A DNA stretch of 64,000 nucleotides from a virus (IMGVR_UViG_3300027659_000022:1-64000), one strand, 5' to 3'. Shown: positions 9,438 through 20,243, numbered from the stretch's first letter. The notes: generated by a model not told the origin, from the letters alone. Numbers and translations are program-made.

Positions 9438-10490
9438 ATGGGACAGTTTCTCAGAGTCAACGGTGACTATAATATAAAAACAGCAGAAGGTGCCAAGATT
9501 GTTCTTGACACTGGTCCTGCTGCTTCTGGTGGATCAGTAAGGGTTACCGGAGACCTAGTCATCGAAGGAGAGACACTGTTTGTTGCTACAGAAAATCTAA
9601 CTATAACCGACAACATCATCACGCTAAATGACGGTGAAACTGGCGAGGGAGTCACACTGATCTATTCAGGAATTGAAATAGATCGAGGATTCCAAGGTGA
9701 TTCCAGTGCTGCCCCTGCCGCAAGTTTTTTGTATGAAGAAACCAATACCACATGGCTGATAGCTAATAACTCTGCACCGGGACCTTTCAACTACGACGAC
9801 AGCAATCTTAGACTGCGTAGAATCTATACCAACCCTACCACAGACGACGGCGACCTTACGCTAATAGGCACAGGTACAGGAGTAGTCAAGGTACTTGGTA
9901 CCATCAATTATGAAACACAGGTCTCACATGATGACGATTTGCCAAACAAAAAGTATGTTGATGATTCAATCCTTAACAACCCTACATTTCAGATTCTATC
10001 GCCGCAGGGTCAAGATACTCGTGTTATAATTGCAGATAAAGAGATTACCCCCGATGTTTCGGCTACAGCCGGATCGTTGTCATATTATACTGCTCAAACT
10101 GGATTTCCTAGCCCAGGTGAAAGTGCAGTGTCTGTGATTGTCGACAACACACTAATAGGTCAGTTCTATAATAATCGTTTAGAAATTTCAGATCTTGAGA
10201 TCGGCGGAGGTATAGACAGCAACGAGATTACCACTAAGCATGGTATTACCAACCTCAACATCTATGTAAGAACACAGGGTACAGGCAAGTTACAGACCAA
10301 CTATGCCATACAGCTAGAAAAAACAGGTGTGGCACCTACATATGTCTCAGACAACATACTGCTCTATGGCGACACTCCTGGTACAGGCACATCGGGCATA
10401 TGGTTTGTCAACGATTCAGCAGAAGCTGCCAAACAGAACGGAGAATTAATCAGCAAAAACCGCGCATTGGTTTTTAGCATGTTATTTTAA
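9438..10490 (+). CDS. tail/fibre structural protein
   Basis: V-x-G-D-L-x-I-x-G and ITDNIITLN shaft repeats; hydrophobic C-terminus RALVFSMLF. Confidence 0.6.
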   Translation: MGQFLRVNGDYNIKTAEGAKIVLDTGPAASGGSVRVTGDLVIEGETLFVATENLTITDNIITLNDGETGEGVTLIYSGIEIDRGFQGDSSAAPAASFLYEETNTTWLIANNSAPGPFNYDDSNLRLRRIYTNPTTDDGDLTLIGTGTGVVKVLGTINYETQVSHDDDLPNKKYVDDSILNNPTFQILSPQGQDTRVIIADKEITPDVSATAGSLSYYTAQTGFPSPGESAVSVIVDNTLIGQFYNNRLEISDLEIGGGIDSNEITTKHGITNLNIYVRTQGTGKLQTNYAIQLEKTGVAPTYVSDNILLYGDTPGTGTSGIWFVNDSAEAAKQNGELISKNRALVFSMLF

Positions 10491-10499
10491 GAGACCCAT

Positions 10500-10901
10500 A
10501 TGATACGTAATTATGAAAACCCAGAAAACACAATTTTACTGATAGATTCCACCAGTGTGACGGTGCCTGTGAAAGTATTCACCAGTTCAACCACAGGCGG
10601 TCCTATTGTCGGAGGTGTCATAGGCAGACAAAATGCAGTAACAACCATAGCACTGTGTAACACAGCTGCCCCAAGTACAGCTGATGAAACAACCAATGCA
10701 GTCACAGTGAATATCTATGTGGTACGCAGCGGCAAGACCGCAGGTAGCGGCAATTTAATCGTCAGCAATCTCACAGTTCCTGCTGGAGAAACTGTGTTTT
10801 TCTCAGAAGAAAGACTGGTGTTTGACAGTGGAGATGAACTGTGGGTTGGAACATCTGCTGCGGCAAGATTAAGTGTAACTGTGAGCGCACTAGCAGTATG
10901 A
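10500..10901 (+). CDS. small beta-sandwich fibre adaptor-like protein (paralog 1 of 3)
   Basis: Pattern LCN...V.I...VPAGET...LV.DSGD.L.V...VTVS is shared with 13911 and 27581. Confidence 0.6.
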   Translation: MIRNYENPENTILLIDSTSVTVPVKVFTSSTTGGPIVGGVIGRQNAVTTIALCNTAAPSTADETTNAVTVNIYVVRSGKTAGSGNLIVSNLTVPAGETVFFSEERLVFDSGDELWVGTSAAARLSVTVSALAV

Positions 10902-11623
10902 AGTTCTTAAAGACCAAAGGTATTTCAAAATTCAGTATCAATGATCGCGCATTGATATACTATCCCGATGGTGTGGGGCCCGGTAACAGAATCGTGGTCA
11001 ACGCCAAAGGCGGTATTATGCTGCCCAAAGGAACTACAGCTCAGCGTCCTCAACTAACCAGTGTGCGACAACCCACAGATGCTAACGGCACTATAAGATA
11101 CAACACTTCTACCACTAGCATAGAAGCTTATGTAGGTGGTGCATGGGTTATTGTGGCCAGTGCATTTGCCGCAGCTATAACCAAACAGACACTAGGACCA
11201 GGAGACGGAACTTCTACCATCTTTGGTCCTTTGAACACAACATTTGCTGCTAGTTATGCTGCCAGCGCAGACAATATTATAGTGTTGGTAGAAAATGTTA
11301 TGCAGATTTCTACCACTAACTTTACCATTAATCAAAATCCCACCAGTTCAGGCACAGGTGCGGAAATCAATGCTAGTACATTAACATCGGCCAATAACGG
11401 CACTGAGTATATTATTACTGCTGTCGGTTCTACAACATTCACATCATTTGGTGCGGCTGCTAATACTGTAGGCACAGTTTTTACTAAATCCGGTGGTACG
11501 ATCACGGGCTCTGGTAAGGTGCGTGAAACAGGATATTACCTTTCTTTTACATCAGCTGTGCCAGCATCAGGAGGAGGCGGTAATCCAGTTTACGTAACTG
11601 TGTACTACGGATACGCCAACTAA
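10898..11623 (+). CDS. tail fibre-like structural protein
   Basis: Start re-called to ATG 10898 (ATGA overlap); LPKGTTAQRP...GTIRYNT...EAY.G..W fibre motif. Confidence 0.6.
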   Translation: MKFLKTKGISKFSINDRALIYYPDGVGPGNRIVVNAKGGIMLPKGTTAQRPQLTSVRQPTDANGTIRYNTSTTSIEAYVGGAWVIVASAFAAAITKQTLGPGDGTSTIFGPLNTTFAASYAASADNIIVLVENVMQISTTNFTINQNPTSSGTGAEINASTLTSANNGTEYIITAVGSTTFTSFGAAANTVGTVFTKSGGTITGSGKVRETGYYLSFTSAVPASGGGGNPVYVTVYYGYAN

Positions 11624-11625
11624 CT

Positions 11626-12720
11626 ATGAGTCAACTGGGACGCATTAGTGGACAGGTACTCACAGACAACCTGTTACGTGCAGGTATTAACCTTGCGTTT
11701 GAAACTGACCTACTTTATCTAGACGTTACTAATAACAGAATTGGTATCAAAGATTCTACTCCTATCTATGATCTAGATATAAATTCAAACATACTTACCA
11801 ACGAACTAACAGTGACAACTCAAGCTGCACTGGGTAATTTACGTATTAATGCTCCTAACACATTTTCTACCAGTGTAGGCGGCATAGACGTTTTTATCAA
11901 TGGTGGCGGAGACATATTCCATGACAGAGTTATCACAAACAATCTAGTCGTTAATGATAATCAGATATCTAGTATAGCTAATTCAAACATAGTTATAGAT
12001 CCCAACGGCTCAGGCACAGCGGAGCTGAGATCCAACACAGATATCACTGGCGACCTCGCAGTTACTGGCAACATCAATGTGTCTGGAAATCTAACTGGAC
12101 TTGATACTCTGACTCTAGGCGACCAAACCATAGATACAGTTACAATAAACACTGATTTTACACAGAGTATTATTCTAGGGGATGATGTTACTTATGCCTT
12201 GGGTGCAGATGCAGGAGATTCAAGCCCTCGACGATGGGCTGAATTACATGTACCTCAATGGCAGAACATTTCTACTGGTGCATGGCCCGGTAGCGGGCTA
12301 GTAACACAAACGGTGACAGTCAGTGGTCAAATGACCCTGGATGGAACCATAAACAAAATATCTGCCATACAATCAAATGAAGATATATTTCTTAACCCTT
12401 ACACTGGTATTACTGATATAGAAAATATACGCTGGCAGATCAATGACATTACTAATCTCAACAGCACTGCACTCACAATAGCAGGCACAGGCATAGGGTA
12501 CTATCAGTTCACAGGTACCAACGGTATGGTGATACCGGCTGGGGACAACTCTCAACGTCGAGCGAGCCCCGAAGTAGGTGAAACTCGCTGGAACACAGAT
12601 GAGGGATATCTCGAATGCTATGATGGCACAGTATGGGTTGTGAGCACAGGTGGCGGTATCGAGGTAACAGTGGAAATCATGGAAGATCTCGGCCACGTCT
12701 ATACCCTAATGCTGGGATAA
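11626..12720 (+). CDS. tail fibre-like protein (paralog of 12854)
   Basis: N-terminus GRISGQ..NLLRAG.NLAFETDLLYLDV; PAGDNSQR..GETRWNT..LECYDG motif. Confidence 0.7.
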   Translation: MSQLGRISGQVLTDNLLRAGINLAFETDLLYLDVTNNRIGIKDSTPIYDLDINSNILTNELTVTTQAALGNLRINAPNTFSTSVGGIDVFINGGGDIFHDRVITNNLVVNDNQISSIANSNIVIDPNGSGTAELRSNTDITGDLAVTGNINVSGNLTGLDTLTLGDQTIDTVTINTDFTQSIILGDDVTYALGADAGDSSPRRWAELHVPQWQNISTGAWPGSGLVTQTVTVSGQMTLDGTINKISAIQSNEDIFLNPYTGITDIENIRWQINDITNLNSTALTIAGTGIGYYQFTGTNGMVIPAGDNSQRRASPEVGETRWNTDEGYLECYDGTVWVVSTGGGIEVTVEIMEDLGHVYTLMLG

Positions 12721-12733
12721 TTTCCAAAACAAC

Positions 12734-12739
12734 TAAATA
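12734..12739 (+). promoter_or_regulatory. late promoter TAAATA preceding structured leader
   Basis: CTAAATAC in intergenic region. Confidence 0.55.
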
Positions 12740-12744
12740 CTTTA

Positions 12745-12853
12745 ATTGCTGTAGTTGACCAAATTACTGCAGGATCCGACTGTGGTAAACCGGCAAAGAG
12801 CGTGAGCTGAAAATCTGGTTAACGGTGAAACACCGGGTTATTTTGGAGAGCTA
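12745..12853 (+). ncRNA. candidate structured cis-regulatory 5' leader RNA
   Basis: Stems 12747-56/12762-71; 12788-93/12815-20 enclosing an AGC-GTGA-GCT GNRA hairpin; CGGTG-AAA-CACCG at 12823-35. Confidence 0.45.
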
Positions 12854-13906
12854 ATGGCTATTGGTCGTATTTCCGGTCAGCTCTTGAAATCCAACTTGCT
12901 TCGTGCAGGCGAGAATTTGGCTTTCGAGACAGACTTACTCTATTTGGATGTTGTTAACTCTCGCATCGGGATAAAAACAGCAGCCCCTAGCACAGACCTC
13001 GATGTCAACGGTCACACTCGTTCAACTAATCTCACTGTAGATACACAACTAAATGTAGGCGATCTACACTTCACTGGTAATACCATAACCAGTGATTCTT
13101 CAACCATAAACTTTGCAGCGGCCGCAGGTGAAGCCACCGTTTATCATTCGAGACTGCAGATAGATGATCTGCAACTGCAGGGCAACACCATATCAACCAC
13201 TGTGAGCAACAGCAGCATAGAAATAGACCCCAACGGCACAGGTACTGTTAATATTATTGCTAATACCAATATCACCGGTAACCTAGGAGTCACAGGCAAC
13301 ATCTCTGCCACAGGCAATGTGGTTATAGGCGGTAACATACAGATTGGTGATGCACTTACAGATAATATTATATTCAATGCCAGCATCCGCAGCGATCTTG
13401 TGCCAGAAACTGACAACACCTATGATCTAGGTTCTGTTGCATTCCGTTGGAGAGCTGTTTACGCTGCTAATCTGTACACAGATATTATCACTGTACCTGC
13501 ACTAGATGTAGGTAACTTGATGTTCCGTGATAATGAAATCACTACCACAACAGGACAAGACCTATACATTGACGGCAATGGTGCAGGAGGTGTGAGATTA
13601 GGCAATTTCCGTATAGTAGATAATGTGATCACTAACATAACCTCCGGAGCGGTATCACAGATAGCACAGACAGGTATTGGATATTTTAAAATACAAGGCA
13701 CCAACGGTTTTGTGCCTCCTGTAGGAGCATCCGGAAATAGACCAACTGCATATGCTGTGTTAGGTATGACAAGATTCAACACTGATTCCGCTGCTTTGGA
13801 GATATGGGACGGCGCAGACTGGGCATCACCAGCAGGTGCATCAGGTGCTGTTTCTGTTGCAGAAGCCAACGACATCGCTGCTCAATTAGCATTGACACTA
13901 GGATAA
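12854..13906 (+). CDS. tail fibre-like protein (paralog of 11626)
   Basis: Same N-terminal motif as 11626; GGAG SD; ends AAQLALTLG. Confidence 0.7.
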   Translation: MAIGRISGQLLKSNLLRAGENLAFETDLLYLDVVNSRIGIKTAAPSTDLDVNGHTRSTNLTVDTQLNVGDLHFTGNTITSDSSTINFAAAAGEATVYHSRLQIDDLQLQGNTISTTVSNSSIEIDPNGTGTVNIIANTNITGNLGVTGNISATGNVVIGGNIQIGDALTDNIIFNASIRSDLVPETDNTYDLGSVAFRWRAVYAANLYTDIITVPALDVGNLMFRDNEITTTTGQDLYIDGNGAGGVRLGNFRIVDNVITNITSGAVSQIAQTGIGYFKIQGTNGFVPPVGASGNRPTAYAVLGMTRFNTDSAALEIWDGADWASPAGASGAVSVAEANDIAAQLALTLG

Positions 13907-13910
13907 ACAT

Positions 13911-14243
13911 ATGCCAACAGTATTTAAACACGCACTGGTTACACAAATAGGCACTAACCCCACCGATGTAGTAGAGATTGGCGCAGGAGTCCGAGCCACA
14001 GTTATAGGCTGTAATCTAGCTAACGTGACAGAGTACGACACTGTGGTAGTGGACATACAGGTAGTGGGTGTAGATACCACAGTGGCATACTATGTCAAGG
14101 GATTAATAATCCCACCAAACACATCTGTGAAAGTGATCACACAGGGCGAAAAATTAATACTGCCCGCAGAAACAGAACTGCGAATGGTCAGCGACACCGC
14201 AGACAGTGTCGATGCCACAGTAAGTTACGTTGAAATATCATAA
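13911..14243 (+). CDS. small beta-sandwich fibre adaptor-like protein (paralog 2 of 3)
   Basis: TVIGCNLAN...IPPN.S...KLIL...DATVSYVEI. Confidence 0.65.
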   Translation: MPTVFKHALVTQIGTNPTDVVEIGAGVRATVIGCNLANVTEYDTVVVDIQVVGVDTTVAYYVKGLIIPPNTSVKVITQGEKLILPAETELRMVSDTADSVDATVSYVEIS

Positions 14244-14252
14244 GGATCGATC

Positions 14253-14618
14253 ATGCCAAGCACATATTATCTAGGAACCAGTCCAGACGAAGCACTAGGA
14301 GATAGCCCTCGATACTGGTATGCTTTGCGTAGAAATGAAGACGGTGAATTATTTTTGCTACGCAGTGATCAACTCAAAGACAAAGACAGCATTGAATTAA
14401 ATCTTCCTGGGGCCCCCGAAGAAAATTTTGAGGATCTTGAACCTGGAGTAGATTATTTTGACGGTATCACCGAGGACCATGAGGTAGAATACGATAATTT
14501 AGTATATACACAATATCGTTGGGATAATCGTAACATGCTCTACTACGTAGACAGTAACGGTAGGCTAACACAGCGGATAAATCAAGGTTACACATACCCT
14601 ACAGGACATTCAAGTTAA
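14253..14618 (+). CDS. hypothetical tail-module protein
   Basis: AGGA SD; fills the gap between structural genes. Confidence 0.65.
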   Translation: MPSTYYLGTSPDEALGDSPRYWYALRRNEDGELFLLRSDQLKDKDSIELNLPGAPEENFEDLEPGVDYFDGITEDHEVEYDNLVYTQYRWDNRNMLYYVDSNGRLTQRINQGYTYPTGHSS

Positions 14619-14630
14619 ACGGAATAAATT

Positions 14631-17600
14631 ATGGCAGAATTTAAAATCAGTAGAATTAGATATACATGGCGCAATGCGTGGTCTAACACTACGGCGTACA
14701 ATCGTGACGATGTAGTTAGATACGGTGGAAGCACATGGATCTGTCAAAGGCAACACACAGCTTCCACGTTCGCTGCTGATCAGGCATATCTTGCTAATGC
14801 GGGAGATTCACAACCATCTCCTGCATGGTTGAAGATGACCGACGGCTATGCCTGGAGAGGTGCATGGACACAGTCAACTTTATATAATCCTGGCGATATC
14901 GCTCTATATGGCGGAGTGATTTATCTATGCGTGACCAGCCATCCATCGCAATCAACATTTGATGCTAACATAGCAAATTGGGCTGTGTATCTCAGTGCTG
15001 ATAATTGGCGCACAGCCTGGTTACCAAATATCAGATACGGTATAGGTGATGTTGTAAGATACAACGGCACCGTATATAGGTGCGTAGTAGGGCACACATC
15101 ATCATCCACAGCACTGGGACTAGAGATAGGTAATAACGATAATCAAGACGACAGCACCGGAGAACTTTGGCAAGTGGTCTATGAAGGTATACAGTATGTA
15201 GGAGCATGGACCGCTGCTACGAGATACAGAGAAAACGATCTAGTAAAATACGGTGGCAGTATATTACGTTGCATAATAGGGCATGTAGCAGATGCAAATA
15301 TAACCAACGCTAATTTTGTCACAGAATTTCCAGGATTTAATTTTTATCAAGAATGGAGCAACTCGGTCTATTATGCTATCGGTGATGTTGTTCGCCATGG
15401 CGGATATTTATACATTTCTAACAATAATAACACAGCCAGTACCTCTCCGGTGTTGGATTCTACAAATTGGCAAGTGTTGTCTAAACAAATTAATTTCCAA
15501 GGCGATTGGTCGGCTAGTGTAGATTATAAAATAGGTGATTTAGTAAGACGTGGTGGAGATCTATATGTTGCAGTTACTGATGTAATCGACGATGGTAGTT
15601 CTCTCGATTATCTCGACGATGGAGATTGGGAAAAAATTACCGTAGGACAAAATTGGAGAGCTTCATGGGTAATAAATCAACAATATAGTGTTAACGATCT
15701 AGTAATTTATCTAGGGAATACCTATAAATGCAATTTTGAACACATAGCCACAAATCAAAATTTTCCTGGAGATAACGGATCTGGATTTTTCTATTGGGAT
15801 TTATTAATACAGGCAGGACAAGACGCTGGTATGACTACCAGAGGCGATTTGCTAACCTATGATCTTAGCAGATCACTGCAAGGTGACGGCAGCACTTTTG
15901 GTCCAGCAAGAGTACCTGTAGGTGAAAGCGATCAGTTGCTGATAGTCAATAATGAAAACAGTGTAGATTACGCCTATTGGGGAGACATTGCCAGAGTACG
16001 CTATGTCAGCCTAGACGGAGTAGACGATGACACAGATCCAGAACGTGGAACCAGCCAATTCCTTCCTTGGAGAACCATAAGATATGCCTGTGAAAAAGTA
16101 GACGACGGATTTTCAGGAACGACTACGATCAGAGTCAGCGTGGGCGAGTTTGAAGAAATTATTCCGATTATCGTGCCAGCACGAACTGTGATACTAGGAG
16201 CAGAACTTAGAAGCACCACAATCAAAGCAGCTGGACCAATCGCAGCATTGGCTCTAGACCGTACATACCACATCGCGGTGTTGAATAGAATTTCAGGAAT
16301 AATACAGGCTATTGTTGCAGGAACTGCTATTAGTCCCCCAAAATCTGCAGGTAATATATTAAATCCTGTAATTGTAACTGAAACAGTATCTATTTCGTTT
16401 AGCCCACCACAGTTCGATGAATTCGGTAGTGAAATTTTTGACACATCCACTCAACCTCGACCTACTAGTAATACTGCTGCAATAGCTATACAGACTAAAA
16501 TTGCAAATATTATTGCTTATATTAATTTTAATATAAATTCTACCGGCAGCAATCCTACACTGGTCGGAACTAACACCGCAGTAACAGATGTTGAATATAC
16601 TAACACTGTGTTACAACTTGAAGCTAACAAAGAATTTCTAGCTGCAGAAGCTGTGGCATTTATGCAGGTAACATATCCTATATACGCATTTGATACCATC
16701 CGATTAAGCACTGACATACGTAGGTACATAGACGCTTTTAAGTATGATATAATTTATACTGGTAATTATAAATCATTACTAGCAGCTAGGTATTATAGAA
16801 ATGCTGTGCTAGGATGTAATGAAAGCGAAGATATGTTCTATGTGCGAAATTCCACAGGTATTAGAAACTGTACTCTCAAAGGACTTGAATCAACGTTAAA
16901 TCCACCCGCAGCTTTTGATCTGTATCAGAAACCCCTAGGCGGTGCATATGTATCCTTGGATCCAGGTTGGGGTCCAGCTGACAATCGCACCTGGATCACC
17001 ACCCGATCACCGTACATCCAAGGAGTTACTACCATAGGTACTGGTTGTGTTGGACAAAAGATTGATGGAGCACTACACAACGGTGGTAACAGATCTATCG
17101 TCAGCAATGATTTCACACAGGTTCTCTCAGATGGCATAGGTGCTTGGGTGTTGAACAACGGTCGTGCTGAATTGGTATCAGTGTTCTCATACTATGCGCA
17201 CATCGGTTACCTAGCTGAAGACGGTGGAGTTATTAGAGCCACGAATGGTAACTGTTCCTACGGTGCCTATGGTGCTATATCCGACGGTGTGGATGCTTCG
17301 GAAACCCCAGCCACGGCCGCGGTCTATACCAGAGCACAACAGGCCAGCATAGCAGCGGCATTTGCTGGAGATTTCGTAGATGAAATACAGATCTTAGAAT
17401 TCGCCAACTGCGGAAATGATTATACCTCAGCTACTGCAACTTTTGCAGGTGCCGGCGTAGATGCTGCTGTGGTATTTGAAGATTTCCGTGATGATGCTGT
17501 TTTTGAAGCCAGGCTGCTTGATGCCAACGCTGGAACAGCAACCATTGCCACAGCCATTGGAGGCACCGGATATGTACTAGTACAAAATAATGCCCAATCC

Positions 17601-20243
17601 GGAGATGCTACTACAATCACCATTGCCAGTAATGATGCTAATTCAATTACAGAATATCTTGGTATGAGAATTGTGATCACCAGCGGTGCAGGCACAGGAC
17701 AGTACGGCTATATCACTGCCTACAACAATGTTTCCAAAGTAGTAAGTGTAACAAGAGAATCAGACGATCAGCCAGGCTGGGACCATGTGGTGCCGGGAAA
17801 ATTACCAACAGTTCCGTTATTAACTAACACCACATATAGAATAGAACCTCGAGTTATATTCTCTGCACCTGCATATTCAGCCACACAGATCACAGTGCCT
17901 GTGAATACTTCATGGTCAGAAATCGTCTATGGTGAAACCACCGAAACATATACCAACGTAGCGGTTAATGAAGCAGGAACAGGAACTACAATAGGAGTTG
18001 GCGCCGCAAATGCTACCTTTAATGTTGTAAAACAGGGCAGAGATTACACTCTCACAATTAATAATGGCGGTGCAGGATACGAAGTTGATCAACTATTAAC
18101 TATTTCCGGAACACTATTAGGAGGAACAACACCAACTAATGATCTATTCATATTGGTCACAGCTGTCAGCGATGACAGCACAAATTCTATACTCGCAGCA
18201 CAACAAAAAACCTACGGTACTGGAGAAGACAACGAAGCAGCCAGCGGTAGATTTGTAGCAGTATCTACCGGAGGCAGCGCCGCTCTGTATAGTGAAGACG
18301 GTACTACCTGGACTGATTTCAACATGCCGACTTCGGGAGACTGGAAGTGTTTAGCCGCAGGTAGAGTCACATATCCTGCATTAGGCAACCATATATTTGT
18401 AGCTATACGCACAGGCAGCGCAGTGGCAGCTAGTTCCTTAGACGGAATCACATGGACCACAAGAGCAATGCCAGCATCAAGGGTCTGGAAATCATGTATC
18501 TATGGGGGAGGTATATTCCTTGCCATAGCTTCAGATTCAAATTCAGCAGCCTACAGCCTAAATGGCATTGGTTGGACTACAACTGTATTACCGGGGTTTG
18601 GTGATTCTACTCTTAACGAATGGGTAGATGTAGCCTACGGAAAAAACACCTACGTGGTGTTGGCCAATAGTGGAAATAATGTAATGGTAGGTGCATATAA
18701 TTCTATCTTGAACACATGGTCGTGGACCGGCCACATCATGGATGTGATCGCAGACTCCTCGGCCAAAGACTGGGTCAGTATAGCCTACGGTAATGATAGA
18801 TTTGTGGCCATATCCAGCACAGGTGAAGTGGCATATAGTTTTGATGGGGTTGTATGGCTAGCAGCCACAATGCCTTCGCAGGACGGAAGCACAGCCCATA
18901 ACTGGAAAAAGATTCGCTATGCACAAGGAGTATTCTTTGCGGTTGGAGATACCGGCGGTAGAGATATCGCAGGCGATCCAGTAGCTGTGCCAACAAACTA
19001 CGCAGCCACATCATTCGACGGCATAGTATGGACGTCTAGAACATTGGCATCTTCCAAAGAATGGGTATCGATAGCGTTTGGTAATCCTTATGTGGATGCC
19101 AGAGACTCTACTACCGGTAAAAGAACCCCTATGTGGATAGCCATAGATAACACTGAAATATTCAACAAAATACAAACAGGAGCAAGAGCACTAGGTCGTG
19201 TGACCATAAGCAGCGGTATCATCAGAAGCATCAAGATGTGGGATCCAGGATCCGGCTATACAGAAGGACCGTTATGCACACTAGTTGATCCTAATAACAA
19301 TACAGATGCTAGAATAGAATCCAGAACCGGAGATGGAGTTTTAGCCCAGCCTGGTTGGTTGAACAGAGGACTGGGTTATAGAACAACCAGTACCACAGTT
19401 ACAATCAGTGGCAACGGATATGCAGATGTTACTCCCTCAGGAAAATTCTTTGTAATGAATGACCTAGATGCTTACCCCGGACCAGGCGCCAGTTTGACTA
19501 TTGGTAACTTGCCAGATTTTTATACGCTGGTAGCCATAGAAGAAATTGGTCAAACTGACAGAGGACTAGCTGCGAGAATACGAGTTAGTCCCGAAATCAA
19601 GGTCAGAGATAATCTACAGCATCTTACACCTATCACTATCAGAACGCAGTTCAGCCAATGCCGTATCACTGGACATGATTTCTTAGACATAGGCACAGGC
19701 AACTTTGAAGAAACCAATTACCCAGAATTATACAGTGGATTCTATACTCCCTCACCAGAAAACGAAGTAGTTGAACTGAATCGTGGCCGTGTATTCTATA
19801 CCTCTACCGATCAAAGCGGTAACTTCCGTGCAGGAGAATTATTTGCGGTAGAACAGGCCACAGGTGTTGTAACGATCTCTGCGGACTTTTTTGATCTCGG
19901 TGGATTATCTGAACTGAGACTAGGTGGTATCAGAGTAGGCGGCACTGGAGCAGTGATTCGTGAGTTTTCAACTGATCCGTTATTCACCGCAGATTCTAAT
20001 AACATCGTACCCACAGAACGAGCTATCAAAAGCTATCTAGCCAGTAGATTGTCAGTGGGCGGATCTGAAATTGCAGTGGGTAGTTTCATAGCCGGTACCA
20101 TATTGGTAGGACCAGATAGAATTAATAACACAGCTGGACTGAGAATCATAGTGCCGGTAAGAGCAGAATTCGATCAAGCGAGTTCGGGAATCAGCGGAAG
20201 CATGCTGGCACAGACGATGTTTTATAGGTCGTTTCGCAATTAA
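14631..20243 (+). CDS. giant tail fibre/baseplate-associated protein (1870 aa) with CBM5/12-like repeats and Asp-box propeller
   Basis: Repeated W-x3-T-x-Y-x3-D-x-V-x-Y-x-G-x2-Y-x-C-x3-H units; S-x-D-G-x2-W repeats; paralog of 20278. Confidence 0.75.
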   Translation: MAEFKISRIRYTWRNAWSNTTAYNRDDVVRYGGSTWICQRQHTASTFAADQAYLANAGDSQPSPAWLKMTDGYAWRGAWTQSTLYNPGDIALYGGVIYLCVTSHPSQSTFDANIANWAVYLSADNWRTAWLPNIRYGIGDVVRYNGTVYRCVVGHTSSSTALGLEIGNNDNQDDSTGELWQVVYEGIQYVGAWTAATRYRENDLVKYGGSILRCIIGHVADANITNANFVTEFPGFNFYQEWSNSVYYAIGDVVRHGGYLYISNNNNTASTSPVLDSTNWQVLSKQINFQGDWSASVDYKIGDLVRRGGDLYVAVTDVIDDGSSLDYLDDGDWEKITVGQNWRASWVINQQYSVNDLVIYLGNTYKCNFEHIATNQNFPGDNGSGFFYWDLLIQAGQDAGMTTRGDLLTYDLSRSLQGDGSTFGPARVPVGESDQLLIVNNENSVDYAYWGDIARVRYVSLDGVDDDTDPERGTSQFLPWRTIRYACEKVDDGFSGTTTIRVSVGEFEEIIPIIVPARTVILGAELRSTTIKAAGPIAALALDRTYHIAVLNRISGIIQAIVAGTAISPPKSAGNILNPVIVTETVSISFSPPQFDEFGSEIFDTSTQPRPTSNTAAIAIQTKIANIIAYINFNINSTGSNPTLVGTNTAVTDVEYTNTVLQLEANKEFLAAEAVAFMQVTYPIYAFDTIRLSTDIRRYIDAFKYDIIYTGNYKSLLAARYYRNAVLGCNESEDMFYVRNSTGIRNCTLKGLESTLNPPAAFDLYQKPLGGAYVSLDPGWGPADNRTWITTRSPYIQGVTTIGTGCVGQKIDGALHNGGNRSIVSNDFTQVLSDGIGAWVLNNGRAELVSVFSYYAHIGYLAEDGGVIRATNGNCSYGAYGAISDGVDASETPATAAVYTRAQQASIAAAFAGDFVDEIQILEFANCGNDYTSATATFAGAGVDAAVVFEDFRDDAVFEARLLDANAGTATIATAIGGTGYVLVQNNAQSGDATTITIASNDANSITEYLGMRIVITSGAGTGQYGYITAYNNVSKVVSVTRESDDQPGWDHVVPGKLPTVPLLTNTTYRIEPRVIFSAPAYSATQITVPVNTSWSEIVYGETTETYTNVAVNEAGTGTTIGVGAANATFNVVKQGRDYTLTINNGGAGYEVDQLLTISGTLLGGTTPTNDLFILVTAVSDDSTNSILAAQQKTYGTGEDNEAASGRFVAVSTGGSAALYSEDGTTWTDFNMPTSGDWKCLAAGRVTYPALGNHIFVAIRTGSAVAASSLDGITWTTRAMPASRVWKSCIYGGGIFLAIASDSNSAAYSLNGIGWTTTVLPGFGDSTLNEWVDVAYGKNTYVVLANSGNNVMVGAYNSILNTWSWTGHIMDVIADSSAKDWVSIAYGNDRFVAISSTGEVAYSFDGVVWLAATMPSQDGSTAHNWKKIRYAQGVFFAVGDTGGRDIAGDPVAVPTNYAATSFDGIVWTSRTLASSKEWVSIAFGNPYVDARDSTTGKRTPMWIAIDNTEIFNKIQTGARALGRVTISSGIIRSIKMWDPGSGYTEGPLCTLVDPNNNTDARIESRTGDGVLAQPGWLNRGLGYRTTSTTVTISGNGYADVTPSGKFFVMNDLDAYPGPGASLTIGNLPDFYTLVAIEEIGQTDRGLAARIRVSPEIKVRDNLQHLTPITIRTQFSQCRITGHDFLDIGTGNFEETNYPELYSGFYTPSPENEVVELNRGRVFYTSTDQSGNFRAGELFAVEQATGVVTISADFFDLGGLSELRLGGIRVGGTGAVIREFSTDPLFTADSNNIVPTERAIKSYLASRLSVGGSEIAVGSFIAGTILVGPDRINNTAGLRIIVPVRAEFDQASSGISGSMLAQTMFYRSFRN
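17154..17206 (+). repeat. 53-bp perfect direct repeat, copy 1 (copy 2 at 24616-24668)
   Basis: AACAACGGTCGTGCTGAATTGGTATCAGTGTTCTCATACTATGCGCACATCGG is identical in both giant genes. Confidence 0.9.

Noticed and set aside
12781-12840. c-di-GMP-I riboswitch or hammerhead ribozyme (GGTAAACC/GCAAAG; CTGAAAA...GAAAC)
   Set aside because: Motif order and spacing do not fit the GEMM consensus and the CUGANGA core is absent; kept only as an unassigned structured RNA.
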